Below the pieces are notes generated by a model that saw only the letters and a program-made list of their open reading frames with translations, was not told where the DNA came from and searched no databases. Shown here one piece after another: positions 16,044-25,517 of a DNA stretch of 25,517 nucleotides (positions are counted from its first letter, which is position 1; each line of letters opens with the position of its first letter). Source of the stretch: a virus (lineage: Duplodnaviria; Caudoviricetes); the IMG/VR virus record IMGVR_UViG_3300014613_000098, positions 1-25,517 of that record. One strand, written 5' to 3'. A program made the translations under genes and the position numbers.

Positions 16044-17240
16044 ATGGGAAAAGAGGAAGCAATCATCGAGACCAAAGAAGTAAAAGAAGTTAAAGATCCA
16101 AAGACTGAAACCGTGGGAACCGTGGAATCTGTGGAAACCGCAGAACCCCTGGAATCTGCCGCTGAAACACTCGGAGGCGTAACGTTCAACAAAAAGACGG
16201 ACGAGGAATTTACCCGCAGGGGGCGTCCACCTAAGTTCAGGTTTATCTCGGAAGAGAAGAAAGAGGAAAAGCCGGTTGAGACGGTTAAAACCGTTGAACC
16301 CGTTGAATCTGTGAAACCCGTAGAACCTGTTACGGTTGTTGAGAAAGAGGAGGCCGCTATCAGCCAATGGGAGGAACGCATCGCCCAACTTCAGACGGAG
16401 AATGAAGAATTGAAAAAAGCGAAAGAGAACCCGTATAAGATACCGGAATTCTACAAGCTTCAGAAGATCAAGGAAGAGACGCCGGAGGAGTTTGACCTCT
16501 ATATGGGGCTCGTCTACGGCAAGCCGGACAGTGAGAAAATATGGAAGATAGGATTTCTGAAAGACAACCCGGAATATTCTGATAAGCCGGATGTGGTACA
16601 GCGGATTTTCGAGCGGAAGTTCCCGAACCTGTTTTTATCCCCGGAAGAGGATGAGGATGAGGATGATGAAAAGATCAGAATCAGGAATTATCAGGACGCG
16701 CAGATTGATCTCGATCTTGAGGCGAAGAAGATAAAGAAAACGCTATTGGGAAGGCTCGAAACTATCGAAGTTCCACTAGCGACAGACAAAAAAGAGGAAG
16801 AAAAGAAAAAAACGGATAAATTAGTAAATGAATGGAAATTACCTTTTACTCAATTAGCAAGAGAATTATCTAAGAAGCAACTCAAGTTTCAACTCGCAGA
16901 TAAGAGTGAGTTTGAGGGCGAATTAGTGATTCCTGAAGAATCGAAGGAGGAAATCTTCAAAAGGGCAGCTATTATGGTTTTACACCAGGGTCTGCCCTTT
17001 AGCGAGGAGAACCTCAGTAAAGTATCTGACTTTATCTGGCGCGAAGTTCGTGCCGACTACTCAGAACCTCAATTTCAGGATATTCTTCAGAACGCTATAA
17101 GCAAGAGGGACTCAGAATGGGGGGTGAAAGTGAACAACCCAGGTGTAATCAAATCTACTCATATTCCAAAGGGAGAGATTATGACCGAGGACGATAAGCA
17201 GAGAGATTTCATCAGCAAAGTTCATGGAGCCCAAAAATAG
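16044..17240 (+). CDS. acidic scaffold-like protein upstream of the capsid gene
   Basis: Glu/Lys-rich, coiled-coil, VE(T/P/S) tripeptide repeats; position between portal and MCP. Confidence 0.7.
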   Translation: MGKEEAIIETKEVKEVKDPKTETVGTVESVETAEPLESAAETLGGVTFNKKTDEEFTRRGRPPKFRFISEEKKEEKPVETVKTVEPVESVKPVEPVTVVEKEEAAISQWEERIAQLQTENEELKKAKENPYKIPEFYKLQKIKEETPEEFDLYMGLVYGKPDSEKIWKIGFLKDNPEYSDKPDVVQRIFERKFPNLFLSPEEDEDEDDEKIRIRNYQDAQIDLDLEAKKIKKTLLGRLETIEVPLATDKKEEEKKKTDKLVNEWKLPFTQLARELSKKQLKFQLADKSEFEGELVIPEESKEEIFKRAAIMVLHQGLPFSEENLSKVSDFIWREVRADYSEPQFQDILQNAISKRDSEWGVKVNNPGVIKSTHIPKGEIMTEDDKQRDFISKVHGAQK

Positions 17241-17279
17241 TTATTAACAAAATAAACTAAATATAAGGAGAACTAAAAT

Positions 17280-18689
17280 ATGGCAGCTACAGATGCTAAC
17301 ACCTATCCAGGTGCGGGGGTCTTGAGTGAAACGATTATGACGTTTCTCGACTACCTAAAACCGCAGTACTGGAATGAGATAGCCGCACGATTCGGATATC
17401 AGTTCGATGGCGTGTGGCAGATTCTCGGCTCAATGGGCAGGGAAGAACCTGTCGGAGCAGATGAATTCTACGCTTACGAAGAAAACCGTTATCGCCGGTC
17501 TATCAGCGGAACGCCTGACACTATTACTCCTGGCGTTGGGGGAACGGTTGTGTTTACGCTTGACGCCGCAGATCACGAACAGAGCGGGGCAATATCATTC
17601 CCAAGAAAATGGGATGAGGTGCTTACCACTACCGAAGTCCCCTGCTGGATCTCAGCGAAGGACGTTACCACGCCTGATGCGCACACGATCACGATCACTC
17701 CTGTATTTGCCACGGATAACATCGGGAACCTGACCGGCAAGAAGCTGATCATCTTCTCTGGTGCTAAAGCCGCGGGGATGTCACAGGGTGATTCTACCTT
17801 TGTCGGGGCGACAAAACGCAAGTTCGTCGCGCAGATCATCCCGGAAGATGTCGGAGTGGAAGGAACACAGCTCGTGAATACTGAATGGTTCAACGTCATC
17901 GACGATGGACGTTCCATCAGTGGATGGTATAACCCCGGCCTTATGCGGGCAGAATACTTTCTGAACAGTAAGATCGATGGTGCCTTTACCTGGGGTAAGG
18001 AAAATACGAACTCCGTTACGCAGACTACCGCTCGCGGATCTGTTAACCTAGTCAAAACTACCAAAGGCATGCTTCAATGGATCACTGAACTCGGCAAGAG
18101 CATGTCTATCACCGGTGGCGCTTATGCCCCGGCCGACCTGGATACGACAGCCCTTCACATGAAACAGAATGGCGTAACTTCCGGCGTTGCTATCGCTTTT
18201 TGTGGGTCTAACGCGCTTATTGACATCCGCAACTCGTTGAAGGACCTGATCGATACTAACGGAACGGACTACACAAAAGTCCTGAAGACCATGTTCGGTG
18301 GTGCAAGCGTAGAACTTGGGCTGAGCATCAACTTCAAGACTTATACCTCCGGAGATATGACTTATATCTTCAAGGAAGTTCCTGCATGGATTGATCCCAC
18401 TACTTACGGTGAGACCGGATTCAATATGTCAAAGCACGTCGTCATAGGCCCGCTTGAGATGTATCCCAACCCGGATAACCCCGGCAAGATGCTTCCGAAC
18501 ATCGGGATGCGTTATCGTGCCAAAGGCAATTACAGCCGTAGAGCTGAAGTGTGGAACACCGCAGGAGCTGGTGGAGCCGCTTACTACCCATACAATACGG
18601 ATATTGACGAGGTTATGCTTCACTTGCGTAGCCACGTGATGTTCGTGATGCTGAAGGCGAATCGTTGGATCATCCAGCGCGGAACCTGA
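17280..18689 (+). CDS. major capsid protein, crAss-like type
   Basis: 469 aa; EFYAYEENR, TTKGMLQWI, GMRYR, HLRSH patterns; followed by a strong terminator. Confidence 0.85.
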   Translation: MAATDANTYPGAGVLSETIMTFLDYLKPQYWNEIAARFGYQFDGVWQILGSMGREEPVGADEFYAYEENRYRRSISGTPDTITPGVGGTVVFTLDAADHEQSGAISFPRKWDEVLTTTEVPCWISAKDVTTPDAHTITITPVFATDNIGNLTGKKLIIFSGAKAAGMSQGDSTFVGATKRKFVAQIIPEDVGVEGTQLVNTEWFNVIDDGRSISGWYNPGLMRAEYFLNSKIDGAFTWGKENTNSVTQTTARGSVNLVKTTKGMLQWITELGKSMSITGGAYAPADLDTTALHMKQNGVTSGVAIAFCGSNALIDIRNSLKDLIDTNGTDYTKVLKTMFGGASVELGLSINFKTYTSGDMTYIFKEVPAWIDPTTYGETGFNMSKHVVIGPLEMYPNPDNPGKMLPNIGMRYRAKGNYSRRAEVWNTAGAGGAAYYPYNTDIDEVMLHLRSHVMFVMLKANRWIIQRGT

Positions 18690-18700
18690 TAAACCTAACC

Positions 18701-18733
18701 AGGGAAGTCCCTTCGGGGGCTTCCCTTTATTTT
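18701..18733 (+). terminator. intrinsic terminator with a cUUCGg tetraloop
   Basis: AGGGAAGTCCC-TTCG-GGGGCTTCCCT-TTATTTT. Confidence 0.9.
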
Positions 18734-18770
18734 CAAAACGAGAAGTGAGAACCTTTAAAACAAAAGAGCT

Positions 18771-19760
18771 ATGTTAATCGTAAACGGAAAAAAACTGAAC
18801 CTGAATGAGATCGAGGACGCCTTCGTGAAGGATGTCTATATCCCCTCCATGGAAGCATTAAAGAAGCTGGATCAGAAGAATTACACCTTCGCAGAGCCGG
18901 AGAATAAGATAAGTATCAACCACGAGGGGGTGGAAGAACACTCTTCGGGTACATACGTGAGGATGAGGCAAAACTGCTCATTCATCTTGAACGGAAATAA
19001 GCCGGAGAGTAAAACCATTGGATATGACGTGAGGTATTTCGAGACATCCAGTTATGACTCGAAGAACAACGAGGTCTTTACCCCCGTCTTATGGAATTTC
19101 CCTGGAACGGCCTTACAGGTGAAGATGAACGAGAAGCCCGACCTATTATGGTTTCTTATTTTCGCATCCCCCTCGGTAGAGCCTATAGATGGCCTTGAAA
19201 AATTCCAGAACCAGTTGCGCGAACCGGTCGTTCAGTACAAACTTCAGAACAGCGCCGCGGATGCGGAGATAACACTTCGCCAAAAAAGGAGACTGCAGAA
19301 TGTGTCGAACCTCATCCTTGACGAGGAAGGACTTGCGGGGGCGGATCTGAAGGTTGCCGCGCGGAATTTCAACATCTCAGTAACAGACCTGAGCGAGGAT
19401 CAGATCAGGGTCACGCTCGAGGAGCGGATCATGAGAAGGAATAAGCATACCGGCAAATACGACTGGAAACTGATTGAATCCTTCGAGGAAATCATCCGGG
19501 AACGCACAGGGAAATCTTCAAGTATTTCCGATATCAACCTTATGGGACATGTCAAGTCATTGATCGCGGAAGCTCAGGAACTGAAGATTTTGACGAACAA
19601 GAAAGGCGTCGGCAACAGAATCGAATGGTGGCTTAATGAGAATCTTATCACGAAACACGCACCGTCGATGAATAAGGATGATGAAATCTTAAAAGTATTT
19701 ATGCAGGAAGAGGAGGAGAGAACCAAACTTGAGAAAGCAGTAAGAGAGAAAAAAATGTAA
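18771..19760 (+). CDS. hypothetical protein downstream of MCP (329 aa)
   Basis: Long ORF in the position of the conserved post-capsid gene of crAss-like phages; function unknown. Confidence 0.8.
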   Translation: MLIVNGKKLNLNEIEDAFVKDVYIPSMEALKKLDQKNYTFAEPENKISINHEGVEEHSSGTYVRMRQNCSFILNGNKPESKTIGYDVRYFETSSYDSKNNEVFTPVLWNFPGTALQVKMNEKPDLLWFLIFASPSVEPIDGLEKFQNQLREPVVQYKLQNSAADAEITLRQKRRLQNVSNLILDEEGLAGADLKVAARNFNISVTDLSEDQIRVTLEERIMRRNKHTGKYDWKLIESFEEIIRERTGKSSSISDINLMGHVKSLIAEAQELKILTNKKGVGNRIEWWLNENLITKHAPSMNKDDEILKVFMQEEEERTKLEKAVREKKM

Positions 19761-19780
19761 CATAAAAACAGTGAAATGAG

Positions 19781-21436
19781 ATGGCTATAGCAATGAATAA
19801 TGCGGCGCTGAGGTTCCGGATCAATTTTGATGTCCCTAACCAGTTATTGATATTCACAGACCTGATACAGGCCGCGTACAATACTACTTACGGGATGGTG
19901 TTGGCTAACGTAAAAGGGATTATCAAGGTTACGGATCCTCTCGGCGGGATTTATCAGAACGCCGGATGGACAACGGTAAGCTTCGCCAGCCCTGATATCG
20001 ACGGAGCAACACTGGACTGGACGAAGATAGACATTGACATGCTCGTTGATTCGGATGGGATTCCGGTTAACGGAACTTACACGCTTGAGTATTATCTCAC
20101 GAATGGCGTGACTAATTACTATATATCAAAGAGTTATGACTTTCAGTATATCTCGCCCGTTGTTGAGATCGAGATGCAAGCGATCTGCAGAACAAGTCAG
20201 TTAAGCAGCGAGGACGTTACGGAGTATACCGTTGATAGTATTGAGCCTACGATAACAAGAACGCACCATATTGTTAAACCAGAAGGATCAGATTTTACAA
20301 CTCCGGCTGACACGGCTGACGCTTACAGGTTAATAGGCGGAGGAGACACGAAAGAGACCGTGATTTGGACGAACATTTGGCAGACGACTATCAGTTCCAT
20401 CTTGGTTTACAATATGGAATACTGGGGAATTTCGATATGGATCGTCGTCAACGATACCGTAACCGGATACGATAGCCTCGACGCTCAATGCGATGATTGC
20501 GCCTGTCATCTAAGGCCCTGTATCAATACTCTTGTAACCAGATACCAATCCTATAAAGATACAAATCCCGTAGAAGCCGCGAAGCTGAAGGAATATCTCT
20601 TTATGACAGGGATGAAGTGGATGCAGTTTGAGTTCAGCGAGAGATGCGGAGAGGATTATAGCATATACTGTGCTGAGATTAAAGCTATTCTCGCTACGGC
20701 GGATTGTTTCTGCCTTACCGAGAGCGATACCTCTACGCGTCCGATCTGGCCATGGGGTGCCGGTGAGGGGGTCAGTATATCCGTTGATTCCGGCTGGACG
20801 GCTGGGACGGCTGCTCCTACTGGTGGAACTCCGGGGATAGGATATATTCAGTATACAGGGGTGCCACCTGCTATCACCGATTGTGTGATCTGGATTAAGA
20901 GCGGAGGAACATGGACAAAACTCGGAAGTGTATTCGGGGGGACAGGTGCAACTGGGGCTGACGCAACGCCTGTTATAATACTGTATAGCGATTCAAGTGA
21001 TTACGGCACGGATGCGGGTACTCTTGAGAAAGATCTTATAGTATATACCCTTTTAGGTGATTCCCTCGCAGACAGCGGGGATATGGCCCACGTAACGGCA
21101 CTGGTTCAGTTAGCTTCAAACGGCAGAGGGAAAACGCTTAAACTTTATTTCGGCGGGGATGTAACGGCACAGTTCTTTACGGACAGTGAAACGGATACAG
21201 ATAACAATATCGTGAAGATGGAAATGTGGATTTCCCGAACTGGTGCAACAAGTCAGTTCTATGATTCATTAGTTATGAGAAATGGTCTCTTCAAACCGGC
21301 GATAGGGACTGCCGCTAAAGATTGCGCCGTAAATATAGACATAAAAGTAACAGGACAAAATTCGGAAACTTATGCGAATGATATTGTACTGAAACATTTC
21401 AGGGTTGAATTAATTAAAGCATACATTGCCCCATAA
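19781..21436 (+). CDS. putative virion structural protein (551 aa)
   Basis: Beta-rich N-terminus, Cys-rich middle (CDDCAC, CFC), GTAAPTGG...WIKSGGTW...GATGADA fibre-type linker. Confidence 0.7.
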   Translation: MAIAMNNAALRFRINFDVPNQLLIFTDLIQAAYNTTYGMVLANVKGIIKVTDPLGGIYQNAGWTTVSFASPDIDGATLDWTKIDIDMLVDSDGIPVNGTYTLEYYLTNGVTNYYISKSYDFQYISPVVEIEMQAICRTSQLSSEDVTEYTVDSIEPTITRTHHIVKPEGSDFTTPADTADAYRLIGGGDTKETVIWTNIWQTTISSILVYNMEYWGISIWIVVNDTVTGYDSLDAQCDDCACHLRPCINTLVTRYQSYKDTNPVEAAKLKEYLFMTGMKWMQFEFSERCGEDYSIYCAEIKAILATADCFCLTESDTSTRPIWPWGAGEGVSISVDSGWTAGTAAPTGGTPGIGYIQYTGVPPAITDCVIWIKSGGTWTKLGSVFGGTGATGADATPVIILYSDSSDYGTDAGTLEKDLIVYTLLGDSLADSGDMAHVTALVQLASNGRGKTLKLYFGGDVTAQFFTDSETDTDNNIVKMEMWISRTGATSQFYDSLVMRNGLFKPAIGTAAKDCAVNIDIKVTGQNSETYANDIVLKHFRVELIKAYIAP

Positions 21437-21450
21437 AAAAAAATAAAACT

Positions 21451-22773
21451 ATGAGAACAATAAAATTATTCTTTCTGGCGACGTTGCTCTTTTGCGCAAC
21501 TATTAGCGTCGCACAGTATAAGTATACCACGAAGTACGTAAATCTCGCTACTGCGACTTCGCCCGTCGCGTTAAACGTGACGTCCGACGTAGGCGTTGTA
21601 TTCGCGAGCGGGACAAAAAGCCTTTCCTCAAACTTTGAGATCACAGTAACGGGCTCGCCCTCTGACGGGCGAAATTTCATCGTGTTCTGGGACGGAACGG
21701 CGGTGACGCTCAACGGAAATTACGTTACTGTTTTCGGCAAACGGTTCCGCGATGAACAGGCAACGGCTAAGATGATGGCGTGGGCTATCTACAGAGGGAG
21801 CCTCGCGGTATGGGACGTGAGGGTATTTCAGGATATGAACGCTTATCATTGGGTTACTAAGACTAATTTAGCCCTTGATATTTTTGATGAGGCGACAATA
21901 ACGTTTGATACCGTAGGAGGAGTTAAAGTAAAAGACGGCGGGATTACAAACCCTCAAGTAGGGGCTTCCGCAGCAATAGCTTATTCTAAACTTAACCTTG
22001 TAGATGCTATCCTGGCCGCTGACATAAACGCTTCAGCGGGAATACCATATTCAAAATTAAGCTTGACAAATTCCTTACTCGCAGCAGACATTTTTGCAAC
22101 TGCGAATATTCCTTATTCAAAACTTCTTTTAACAAATTCCTTATTAAATGCAGATATTAATTCATCCGCGGCTATAGCATATAGTAAACTTAATCTTACA
22201 GGGGCTATTCTTGCGGCTGATATTACTGCCGCGGCCGGGATACCGTACTCAAAATTAACTCTTACGGGAAGTATCTTAAACGCGGACATCGCAACCGGCG
22301 CGGTTATAGGATGGAATAAGATGGCGTTGCTGACCGCCTCGAAAGCGCTTGTATCGGATGGGAGCGGATACGTAACTACGAGCGTTACAGCGACAGAACT
22401 CGGTTATTTATCCGGCGCCACTTCAAATATTCAGACTCAGATTACCGCAGCCAGCGCAGCGGCAACTTATACGAAGAGCTCTGCCGCGACTATCGTTCTT
22501 GACGGAACGGCTACCGAGGTTTATATTCTTAATTGTACGGCAAATAATATAGCCCTTACGCTGCCCGCAGCAAGTGATTTCCCCGCAAATCGTTCGATTC
22601 AATTTATAAAAAAGTTTTCCGGCGGAGTATTTAATATTGTTATTAGTCCGGCCGGGGCGGACTTATTGGAAGATACAGCCGCGACAGACGTGGCAAGTAT
22701 TACTATGGGCGCGGCAACCGGCTCAACGCTAAGGCTTGTCACTAACGGAGTAGATCATTGGTATTCATATTAA
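21451..22773 (+). CDS. fibre-like protein with signal peptide and 22-aa repeats
   Basis: MRTIKLFFLATLLFCATISVA|Q; ILxADIxxxAxIxYSKLxL repeats; KALVSDGSG...TELGYLSGATSNIQTQI; C-terminal TLPAA...LVTNGVDHW fibre domain. Confidence 0.8.
   Translation: MRTIKLFFLATLLFCATISVAQYKYTTKYVNLATATSPVALNVTSDVGVVFASGTKSLSSNFEITVTGSPSDGRNFIVFWDGTAVTLNGNYVTVFGKRFRDEQATAKMMAWAIYRGSLAVWDVRVFQDMNAYHWVTKTNLALDIFDEATITFDTVGGVKVKDGGITNPQVGASAAIAYSKLNLVDAILAADINASAGIPYSKLSLTNSLLAADIFATANIPYSKLLLTNSLLNADINSSAAIAYSKLNLTGAILAADITAAAGIPYSKLTLTGSILNADIATGAVIGWNKMALLTASKALVSDGSGYVTTSVTATELGYLSGATSNIQTQITAASAAATYTKSSAATIVLDGTATEVYILNCTANNIALTLPAASDFPANRSIQFIKKFSGGVFNIVISPAGADLLEDTAATDVASITMGAATGSTLRLVTNGVDHWYSY
21944..22330 (+). 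repeat. 66-bp (22-aa) degenerate coding repeat, about 6 copies
   Basis: YSKL recurs every 66 nt (e.g. 21982, 22048) five times, plus one WNKM variant. Confidence 0.9.
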
Positions 22774-22774
22774 G

Positions 22775-23395
22775 ATGGGCGCATGGAAAGGGGATAAAAG
22801 AATTGATCTTCGGGGATATAAGGATGTCCCCGCATTCCTTTTTTTGCCATCAGATGAGTACCCGATAATAAGGAAGGAAGAAATTCCGGGCGATATATTC
22901 GCGCTGGACGGTTCCGTAGAACGCATTAACCCGGATTACTGGATCACGATGGGAGATTACGATCCTTACTGGGAAATGGCGTTGAGAAAGCATTGCAGGA
23001 AGGTTCTCAGAAAACACTACCAGAAAGTTTATTCTCATATCGAGGATGTTTATTTTCTTGACGCTATCAAGCCGCAGAAAGGGATAGAAGATACTTTTCT
23101 TCTTAACGGGGATAATATTTTCTTTGTCTGGTTTCATCATACTATCGGAACCGCACTTCATCTGCTTGTTGTTATGGGTTATAAAAAAATTTATCTCTAT
23201 TCAAAACTGGCCGGATATAAAGACTACACCATATTGCTTTTTTTGAGCGAGTTTAAGCAGATTGCAGACAAACATGGAATACAGATTATAAGTGTTAGCG
23301 AGAAAACCCAGGTGAATGGCTTTATGAAATATATTCCTTTTGAAAAATTAATTAATTGTAACCCAATAGTTAAGACAAGTTGTTTAGAAGTATAA
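22775..23395 (+). CDS. Maf/DUF115 (MptE-like) glycosyltransferase-like protein, possibly degenerate
   Basis: NPDYWITMGD and TIGTALHLLVVMGYKKIYLY resemble the PDY and AlxlAxxmGxkxIyLxGxD motifs; the GxD is missing. Confidence 0.55.
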   Translation: MGAWKGDKRIDLRGYKDVPAFLFLPSDEYPIIRKEEIPGDIFALDGSVERINPDYWITMGDYDPYWEMALRKHCRKVLRKHYQKVYSHIEDVYFLDAIKPQKGIEDTFLLNGDNIFFVWFHHTIGTALHLLVVMGYKKIYLYSKLAGYKDYTILLFLSEFKQIADKHGIQIISVSEKTQVNGFMKYIPFEKLINCNPIVKTSCLEV

Positions 23396-23419
23396 CTTTA
23401 ATGTTTGATATATAATAAC

Positions 23420-24127
23420 ATGAATCTCAAAGATATAAACGGAATACTTGCTTTTGCGATCAAGGATAAGAAGCCGGATTTGGTTATTACGATTCCCGTC
23501 TTTATAAGGCTGATTCACGTCTCACAGCTAAAGCACTTTAAAAGGAAAATAGGGTTACCGGAGGAGTATGCTCCGGGACAACCTATTCCGAGACAAGCTT
23601 ATGAGATTTCAAAGATGAACAGTATTGATTTGGCACCGTTCAAGGTCGTTATGGGGAATAACTCAATGCCATTAAAGATTAATGCCTACGGGAATGCGTT
23701 GATACCTTCAGACTTTTATTTTCCTTCTTCCGCGAGGTATCAATGGGTGAGATCACAGATTTTAGTATCCTGGCAGGAGGTAGAGATCCTTGATGATAAA
23801 ACATTCAACAAGAGAATTACCTCAAGCCTTATGGCCCCTTCCAGGAAGCATCCGGTAGCGAACGTGCAGAACGGGGCTATTCAGTTTGTGCCTAAAGACC
23901 TGAAGCTTGTGAACTTCACCTACCTTAGAGTGCCACCGGAACCGGTCTATGGCGTAAACTATACAAGGGGCTTCGCTGAATATACCCCCGCGACGAGCAC
24001 AGAACTTTTATGGTCAGACACGAACGTTATAGATATATGTGCGATAGCTCTCTTTGATCTGGGGATAATAATGAATAAGCAAGAGATAGCGAGTTACGCG
24101 AACAAGGTTGAACAAACAGGAATTTAA
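23420..24127 (+). CDS. putative tail tubular/ring (head-tail connector) protein
   Basis: DLAPFKV, LIPSDFY, HPVA, FTYLRVPPEPVYG patterns like crAss-like ring proteins; ATG 23420 preferred over TTG 23405. Confidence 0.65.
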   Translation: MNLKDINGILAFAIKDKKPDLVITIPVFIRLIHVSQLKHFKRKIGLPEEYAPGQPIPRQAYEISKMNSIDLAPFKVVMGNNSMPLKINAYGNALIPSDFYFPSSARYQWVRSQILVSWQEVEILDDKTFNKRITSSLMAPSRKHPVANVQNGAIQFVPKDLKLVNFTYLRVPPEPVYGVNYTRGFAEYTPATSTELLWSDTNVIDICAIALFDLGIIMNKQEIASYANKVEQTGI

Positions 24128-24138
24128 TTACATAAAAA

Positions 24139-24510
24139 ATGGAAACTGGAAAATTAAAAACATGGGTCAGCGCCATCACGGATTTGCGGAAGATCACTTC
24201 GCCCGTTAATGGGGCTGAGATAGGAGTGTACGAGAATAACTCTATCTACGAATGCGTGTTCGGGGACACGAACCAGGACGACGGGGACGATTACGTTAAA
24301 ATATCTTCCGGTAGTCATTTTACCTGGGCGAAGCGCGTCAGCTTCGTATCCTCGGCGAAGGGATCAGTTTTACCAACTCCCGATGTGAGTATGCGTGGGC
24401 AGATATTTCTCTTAGAGGGAGCGCTTTACGCTTCGGACATTCCTTATATGTGTTACAAAAAATCCAACGGTAGTTATGCGTGGGGTGAAATTTATTTTGG
24501 AATAGTTTAA
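24139..24510 (+). CDS. small putative virion protein (123 aa)
   Basis: AITDLRKI...QDDGDDYVK...W resembles tailspike N-terminal domains; YMCYKKSNGSYAW C-terminus. Confidence 0.6.
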   Translation: METGKLKTWVSAITDLRKITSPVNGAEIGVYENNSIYECVFGDTNQDDGDDYVKISSGSHFTWAKRVSFVSSAKGSVLPTPDVSMRGQIFLLEGALYASDIPYMCYKKSNGSYAWGEIYFGIV

Positions 24511-24527
24511 TTTAAAAAAGAAAAAAA

Positions 24528-25517
24528 ATGAAAAAGTTAGTAGTTTTATTGGCAATGATGCTCATGAGTGTTATTGTTTTTTCTCAAAAAGAGGTTAGGT
24601 TTTTTTCATATCCGGATTCAAGTACATATTTCTGGGGGATTATAAAACCAAGTGACTTTATTTATATTGAAGATGAAGATCAGATGTACATAGTAACTTC
24701 AAGAATGGGGACACGACATAATATTCATCGAATGTTAGAGGACGATAAGGGTTATGCCGTGAGACTTAATTTCGGTTACGATACAGGTTTTGTTTTAACG
24801 ACAACGGGGCAGAGTATTTATGATGTAAAGACTTTTTATTCTGCACCTATGACTGCTGCCGGGACAAACGGAAACAACATCCGACTTGGAACAAGTGCCT
24901 TGAATGCAGTTACATCTGGCTACGGTAACGTGGCTATCTCTCCGAGTGCGCTGAAAGCAAATACTACGGGGTATGGAAATATTGCTATTGGCGATAGTGC
25001 TGGTATGAAAATAACAACTGGTTATGATAATATTGCTCTTGGCAGATGGGCTTTGTTAAATAATGTAACAGGATCGGATAATATAGCTATTGGAAAAAGT
25101 GTTCTTCGTGTTACTACTGCTGGTAATAATGTTGCTATTGGTAATGCGGCAATGAATTTGAATGTATCGGGGGCATCAAATGTTGCCGTAGGGGGGGGTA
25201 CATTAATATTAAATACATCTGGATCATATAATACATCTATAGGCACATCATCTATGACACAAAACACCACTGGGTCGTGTAATACCGCAATAGGAGTAAG
25301 TAGTCTTAGTGGGAACACTACTGGATATGGGAATTTTGCTGGTGGTGCTGTAGCGCTGGCATCCAATACTACAGGTTACTCTAACATAGCTATTGGTGAT
25401 AGTGCGTTGAGGCAACATACTCTTGGCTATGGAAATATTGGAATTGGAAGCAGGGCACTTGCCGGGGCAATAACTACTGGTGCATATAATGTAGCTGTTG
25501 GACATCAGGCTGGATTA
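24528..25517 (+). CDS. fibre/adhesin-like protein with signal peptide and 14-aa NTTGxxNxAIG repeats (truncated at the window edge; not in the ORF track)
   Basis: Manual translation, 330 open codons: MKKLVVLLAMMLMSVIVFS|QKE...VLTTTGQSIYDVKTF...ALKANTTGYGNIAIGDSA... about 15 beta-roll repeats. Confidence 0.9.
   Translation, partial: MKKLVVLLAMMLMSVIVFSQKEVRFFSYPDSSTYFWGIIKPSDFIYIEDEDQMYIVTSRMGTRHNIHRMLEDDKGYAVRLNFGYDTGFVLTTTGQSIYDVKTFYSAPMTAAGTNGNNIRLGTSALNAVTSGYGNVAISPSALKANTTGYGNIAIGDSAGMKITTGYDNIALGRWALLNNVTGSDNIAIGKSVLRVTTAGNNVAIGNAAMNLNVSGASNVAVGGGTLILNTSGSYNTSIGTSSMTQNTTGSCNTAIGVSSLSGNTTGYGNFAGGAVALASNTTGYSNIAIGDSALRQHTLGYGNIGIGSRALAGAITTGAYNVAVGHQAGL

Noticed and set aside
9563-18689. 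Inteins or self-splicing introns in TerL, portal or MCP
   Set aside because: ORFs are continuous and of plausible length; the HNH gene lies between genes, not inside one
13014-21849. Antisense or alternate-frame ORFs over the HNH and structural genes (e.g. 13014-13436, 15951-16388, 17407-17733, 17573-18070)
   Set aside because: They overlap well-supported genes or promoters and have no motifs
25022-25505. Minus-strand ORFs 25022-25366 and 25248-25505
   Set aside because: Mirror images of the repeats in the plus-strand gene starting at 24528
1-25517. Stop-codon reassignment as in some crAss-like phages
   Set aside because: Long genes are intact under the standard code and TAA, TGA and TAG all end genes
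1-25517. tRNA, integrase, reverse transcriptase or DGR repeats
   Set aside because: No cloverleaf, recombinase or RT motifs and no adenine-variant repeat pair found by eye

Overview
The window is a fragment of a tailed dsDNA phage of Bacteroidota with a crAss-like (Crassvirales-like) head module; the taxonomy is inferred from motifs and gene order only. It uses the standard genetic code. The left arm (1-7560, mostly minus strand) holds small accessory genes: an N4/N6 beta-class MTase, a C5 MTase, XRE and ribbon-helix-helix regulators, a GroES-like protein and a RyR-domain protein. The right arm (7610-25517, mostly plus strand) holds a virion-like protein, putative TerS, TerL, an AT-rich insert (HNH gene, promoters, two short terminated transcripts), portal, scaffold-like protein, major capsid protein, head/tail proteins and fibres. 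Most notable: (1) the C5 MTase appears split over two overlapping frames, with a nested 265-aa ORF carrying motif IX and four PTP repeats; (2) two promoter-terminator sRNA units between TerL and portal, one with a loop-displayed 13-nt perfect complement to a late-gene leader; (3) two fibre-like proteins with Bacteroidota Sec signal peptides near a Maf/DUF115-like gene; (4) nine TTGAC(A/T)-N16-18-TAnnTTTG promoters; (5) a pseudoknot-like leader upstream of the HNH gene. All family calls are by eye; no searches were run.
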